A DNA stretch of 9,368 nucleotides. It comes from PVC group bacterium. GTDB taxonomy: Bacteria; GCA-001730085; JADFSZ01. Below the pieces are notes generated by a model. It made no database searches, was not told the origin of the DNA, and worked only from the letters and a program-made list of their open reading frames with translations. Both the position numbers and the translations under genes were made by a program. Positions within the stretch are counted from its first letter, which is position 1. Every line of letters starts with the position of its first letter. Where the stretch lies: contig JADFSZ010000056.1 of assembly GCA_022560555.1 (NCBI GenBank), forward strand, positions 1 through 9,368. The letters are read 5' to 3'. Below, piece after piece: positions 6,632-9,368 of the stretch.

Positions 6632-7867
6632 ATGAAATGTTCCTTTTGCGGTAAAAGCGAAAAACAGACCCAACGCTTTGTAACGGGCCCTAAAGTCACC
6701 ATTTGCAACGAATGTATTGGTTTGTGCAATATGATTTTGGAAAAGGATGTCAAGAAACAGGCCTTGATGAACAAAGATAGTTTAAAAAAACTGCCCCGGC
6801 CCAAAGAAATTAAGCGCCGCCTTGATGAATACGTAATCGGTCAAGAACAGGCAAAAAAAATACTTTCGGTTGCCGTATACAATCACTATAAAAGGATTTT
6901 TAACGATACCTTCTCGTCCGATGTTGAGATGGAAAAAAGCAATGTCCTGCTTATCGGACCCACGGGATCAGGCAAAACATTGCTCGCAAGGACACTGGCT
7001 AAAATTCTGGATGTCCCCTTTGCTATCTCGGATGCGACAACATTGACCCAAGCGGGATATGTCGGAGAGGACGTTGAAAATATTATTTTGCGTCTTCTTC
7101 AGAACTGCGAGTTTGACGCTCAAAAAGCCTCGAGGGGCATTATTTACATCGATGAGATCGATAAAATCGGACGGACAACGGACAATGTGTCCATCACGCG
7201 CGATGTGTCCGGCGAAGGCGTCCAGCAGGCCCTTTTAAAAATCATCGAAGGAACACTGGCCAATGTGCCTCCTCAGGGCGGTCGTAAGCATCCCCAACAG
7301 CAGTATATTCAGGTGGACACCACGAACATTTTATTTATCTGCGGCGGAACATTCAGCTCTCTTCCTGCTATTATTGAAAGACGCATCGGGAAAAAGCGCT
7401 TAGGATTTGGGGCTCACCAGGACGTGAACGAAAAAAGAAAATTGGGGGAAATATTAAGCCTGGCCGAGCCGGGAGATTTGGTAAAATTCGGGTTGATTCC
7501 GGAATTTGTGGGTCGTCTTCCCGTGCAGGCTCCGTTATGGGGGCTGGAAGACAAGGACCTCGTACGAATTCTGACAGAGCCTAAGAACGCCCTAACCAAA
7601 CAATATCAAAAAAGTTTTGATATCGACGGGATCCAGTTAGAATTCACAAAGGAAGCTCTTCATGTTATAGCTCATGAAGCGAATCTGAAAGAAACGGGAG
7701 CGCGAGGCTTGCGTTCCATCCTTGAAGCTTTGCTGCTTGAGCTCATGTACACAACCCCGTCCCAGGAAACTCTTATTAAAAAAATCATCGTTGATGAGGA
7801 AGCGGCCAAACGAAAAAGTCCTCCTCGTATTGTTAAAGACGCAAAAAAAACCCGGAAAATCGCTTAA
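6632..7867 (+). CDS. clpX: ATP-dependent Clp protease ATP-binding subunit ClpX
   Basis: 411-aa ORF starting 3 nt after the clpP stop. It has the N-terminal C4 zinc-binding domain (CSFCGK...ICNECIGLC), Walker A GPTGSGKT, Walker [10 protein letters not shown], the pore loop GYVGEDV, an RKH loop (GGRKHPQQ), and the LGF ClpP-docking tripeptide. Confidence 0.98.
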   Translation: MKCSFCGKSEKQTQRFVTGPKVTICNECIGLCNMILEKDVKKQALMNKDSLKKLPRPKEIKRRLDEYVIGQEQAKKILSVAVYNHYKRIFNDTFSSDVEMEKSNVLLIGPTGSGKTLLARTLAKILDVPFAISDATTLTQAGYVGEDVENIILRLLQNCEFDAQKASRGIIYIDEIDKIGRTTDNVSITRDVSGEGVQQALLKIIEGTLANVPPQGGRKHPQQQYIQVDTTNILFICGGTFSSLPAIIERRIGKKRLGFGAHQDVNEKRKLGEILSLAEPGDLVKFGLIPEFVGRLPVQAPLWGLEDKDLVRILTEPKNALTKQYQKSFDIDGIQLEFTKEALHVIAHEANLKETGARGLRSILEALLLELMYTTPSQETLIKKIIVDEEAAKRKSPPRIVKDAKKTRKIA

Positions 7868-8376
7868 GAGTTTTGTGAACGGAATATCCTGCTCCACACA
7901 TATCCAAAAATACACCCCAGGGCGTTTAGAGAAATATCCCGAAAGTCAAAAACCCGTTCCCGCAAAAACAATTGAATCCCTTCGTCAGCCGCTCCGATTC
8001 CAATGCTGATCATCAGCGCCATACCCATATGCCTGTTTGATGCATGGGGAAATACGCGTAAGCATAGGATATAGACCGTGATGTATTGAATATAGTGAAG
8101 CTGTTCTACAAAAAGGTCTTCGTGCCAAACCAAGCCCGCGAGGACCCCGGAAAAAATCAAGGGTTTCAGCCAAGTGCGAAGATTTTTTTTCCTTGACCTA
8201 AGCAGGTACCATCGATAAAACGTATACAGGATAAACAAGCCGTAAACTGCGGGAACAAAATAAGAGAGGGCTTTTTGCCCTTCAGGACTTCGTAACAGGG
8301 GTGTAAAGGGAAGTGCGAGTCCCATTAAGACCAGAAATAAGAAAAATTGTATCAAATGTTGATTTCGCGCGATCAT
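7864..8376 (-). CDS. VanZ-like integral membrane protein (170 aa with the trimmed start)
   Basis: The C-terminal part of the 269-aa minus ORF carries the VanZ-family motif [30 protein letters not shown] (DE..Q.f...R....D...N..G...G) and about 5-6 hydrophobic helices. I place the start at the ATG at 8376..8374 (MIARNQHL...). It is preceded by GGAG with a 5-nt spacer, and upstream of it the ORF runs antisense through the pilin-like gene. An alternative start at 8460 cannot be excluded. Confidence 0.65.
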   Translation of the reverse strand: MIARNQHLIQFFLFLVLMGLALPFTPLLRSPEGQKALSYFVPAVYGLFILYTFYRWYLLRSRKKNLRTWLKPLIFSGVLAGLVWHEDLFVEQLHYIQYITVYILCLRVFPHASNRHMGMALMISIGIGAADEGIQLFLRERVFDFRDISLNALGCIFGYVWSRIFRSQNS

Positions 8377-8410
8377 ATGAGCTCCAATCCCATTATCAGT
8401 TAAAGCTATT

Positions 8411-9001
8411 ATGCCTATTACCAAAAGAAAATTCAATAGCTTGAAAGCTTTTACGCTCATTGAGCTTCTTGTTGTCATAGCTATCATCGCTATTCTTGCA
8501 GCCCTGTTATTGCCAGCCCTGCAATCGTCCCGGGAACAGGGCCGGAGGGCAAGTTGTATGAATAATCTCAAACAAATCGGATATGCTTTACTCCTATATG
8601 GAAATGATTGGGAAGGATATTTCCCTCCGGGAGATAATAATGCCAGCCCATGGATCATGAAGTCGTACCACAACCTTGAACCCCTCTTTCTTGAAGGCTA
8701 TATCAGCACCTACGACATCTTGAACTGCCCCAACCAGACGGATACGGGTCATATTGTCGGTCCTCAGTTTAATTACATGGGTTACTCGTACGCGAACGGC
8801 ATTGATACGAATTACAACTATGCTTCTTTGCGGTCTTCCTCTTTTCCAACGCGTGCAATCCTTTGTGACCTTTGCGGTTGGGGTGATGACCCTATAAGCC
8901 ATACGTCTCACGTAAATGTCCTCTATTTGGATGGGTCCGTGCAGAGTCAGCCTATTGGCAAAGTTGGTGGGGACTATGATATACTCGTGTTTGACCGATA
9001 A
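8411..9001 (+). CDS. Prepilin-type N-terminal cleavage/methylation domain protein, DUF1559 / H-X9-DG family (pseudopilin-like)
   Basis: 196-aa ORF. Class III signal and N-methylation motif [26 protein letters not shown]. The following [25 protein letters not shown] matches the DUF1559 hallmark (..aReaArR..C.NNLKQigLA...Y). The C-terminal [12 protein letters not shown] is an exact H-X9-DG motif. Confidence 0.85.
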   Translation: MPITKRKFNSLKAFTLIELLVVIAIIAILAALLLPALQSSREQGRRASCMNNLKQIGYALLLYGNDWEGYFPPGDNNASPWIMKSYHNLEPLFLEGYISTYDILNCPNQTDTGHIVGPQFNYMGYSYANGIDTNYNYASLRSSSFPTRAILCDLCGWGDDPISHTSHVNVLYLDGSVQSQPIGKVGGDYDILVFDR

Positions 9002-9016
9002 TATCCGTCCGTAATT

Positions 9017-9048
9017 TTATCCACAATGTATGGACAACCTGTGGATAA
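9017..9048. promoter_or_regulatory. Inverted pair of perfect DnaA boxes
   Basis: TTATCCACA at 9017..9025 and TGTGGATAA at 9040..9048, both 9/9 to consensus and separated by 14 bp. A degenerate box TATGGACAA (7/9) lies between them at 9029..9037. Confidence 0.7.
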
Positions 9049-9060
9049 CCAGACCGCGGA

Positions 9061-9133
9061 TTAATTTTTAATTTTTTTCTCTAACTTAAACTGTTTATTG
9101 AAAAGTGTTTACATATAACATAAATAATACTAA
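9061..9133. other. Extremely AT-rich tract; candidate DNA-unwinding element
   Basis: I count 11 G/C in 73 nt (~15% GC): ttaatttttaatttttttctctaacttaaactgtttattgaaaagtgtttacatataacataaataatactaa. It lies between the two DnaA-box pairs. Confidence 0.45.
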
Positions 9134-9177
9134 TGGGCTATGCAAATTCAGTTGATCGTTAAGGGCTTGAAAATAGG

Positions 9178-9205
9178 TTGAAAAGGTCTTTTTATGTACT
9201 ATAAT
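9178..9205 (+). promoter_or_regulatory. Near-consensus sigma70-type promoter reading rightward out of the window
   Basis: TTGAAA (9178..9183), a 16-nt spacer, then consensus TATAAT (9200..9205). Two perfect DnaA boxes lie about 50-100 nt downstream, the layout expected for a DnaA-autoregulated promoter. Confidence 0.5.
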
Positions 9206-9257
9206 GGCCCCTGATATCCTCAATGAGGGTGTTGTAAAAACAAATTTGTTGAAAACC

Positions 9258-9310
9258 TGTGGATAACTGCCCCTGATATACAGGAAATTCTGTGAATCGG
9301 GTTATCCACA
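9258..9310. promoter_or_regulatory. Second inverted pair of perfect DnaA boxes
   Basis: TGTGGATAA at 9258..9266 and TTATCCACA at 9302..9310, both 9/9. The extended 14-mer AACCTGTGGATAAC occurs at both 9036..9049 and 9254..9267. GCCCCTGATAT is also duplicated, at 9207..9217 and 9269..9279. Confidence 0.7.
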
Positions 9311-9368
9311 TAAACTCAGATAGGGCACAACACGGATGACTTTTAAAAAAAGATTCATGCACCTACTT

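Noticed and set aside
7722-8173. ORFs 7722..8009 (+, 95 aa) and 7985..8173 (-, 62 aa)
   Set aside because: They overlap clpX and the VanZ-like gene out of frame. They have no motifs and no RBS.
8377-8673. N-terminal 99-aa extension of the 269-aa minus-strand ORF
   Set aside because: It runs antisense through the first 263 nt of the well-supported pilin-like gene and has no VanZ-like sequence. The internal ATG at 8376 has a GGAG SD. The apparent hydrophobic stretch is the complement of Lys/Phe-rich pilin leader codons.
9336-9368. ATG at 9336 opening an ORF (MTFKKRFMHLL...) that runs off the right edge
   Set aside because: Only 11 codons are visible and there is no clear SD. That is not enough to call a gene or identify it as dnaA, a pilin or anything else.
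1-9368. Search for a defence, mobile or accessory island (integrase, transposase, TA pairs, tRNA attachment site, direct-repeat island borders, compositional shift)
   Set aside because: Every sizeable ORF is accounted for by housekeeping or common families. I saw no tRNA, no terminal inverted or direct repeats bounding a block, and no obvious composition break by eye. I cannot support a claim of a novel protein-encoded system here.

Overview
This window is mostly core housekeeping chromosome. I found no mobile element, CRISPR array, toxin-antitoxin pair or recognisable defence or secretion cluster, and I will not claim a novel protein system. Gene order: rnpA (partial, -) and rpmH (-, 45 aa, absent from the ORF track); a 518-bp AT-rich spacer; then on the + strand an MBL-fold hydrolase, GTP-dependent PEP carboxykinase, a secreted FecR-domain protein, and tig-clpP-clpX. 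A VanZ-like membrane protein (-) converges on clpX. A prepilin-type DUF1559 / H-X9-DG protein (+) follows, then 367 bp of non-coding DNA to the right edge. The DUF1559 pseudopilin and the GTP-type PEPCK suggest a PVC-superphylum-like host (Planctomycetes/Verrucomicrobia/Lentisphaerae/Omnitrophica type). That is inference only. The unusual signals are all non-coding. (1) The right-edge spacer has four perfect DnaA boxes in two inverted pairs, flanking a ~15% GC stretch and a near-consensus promoter, so it is an oriC or dnaA-promoter candidate. (2) A second, weaker DnaA-box cluster lies in the rpmH-upstream spacer, exactly where gene orientation switches. (3) The tig-clpP spacer holds 13 copies of a GTAA(A/T) heptad in strict 7-bp phase, arranged as opposed arrays. 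(4) Three tandem ~18-bp repeats abut the tig promoter. (5) clpX and the VanZ-like gene share a TTAA in which both stop codons overlap.
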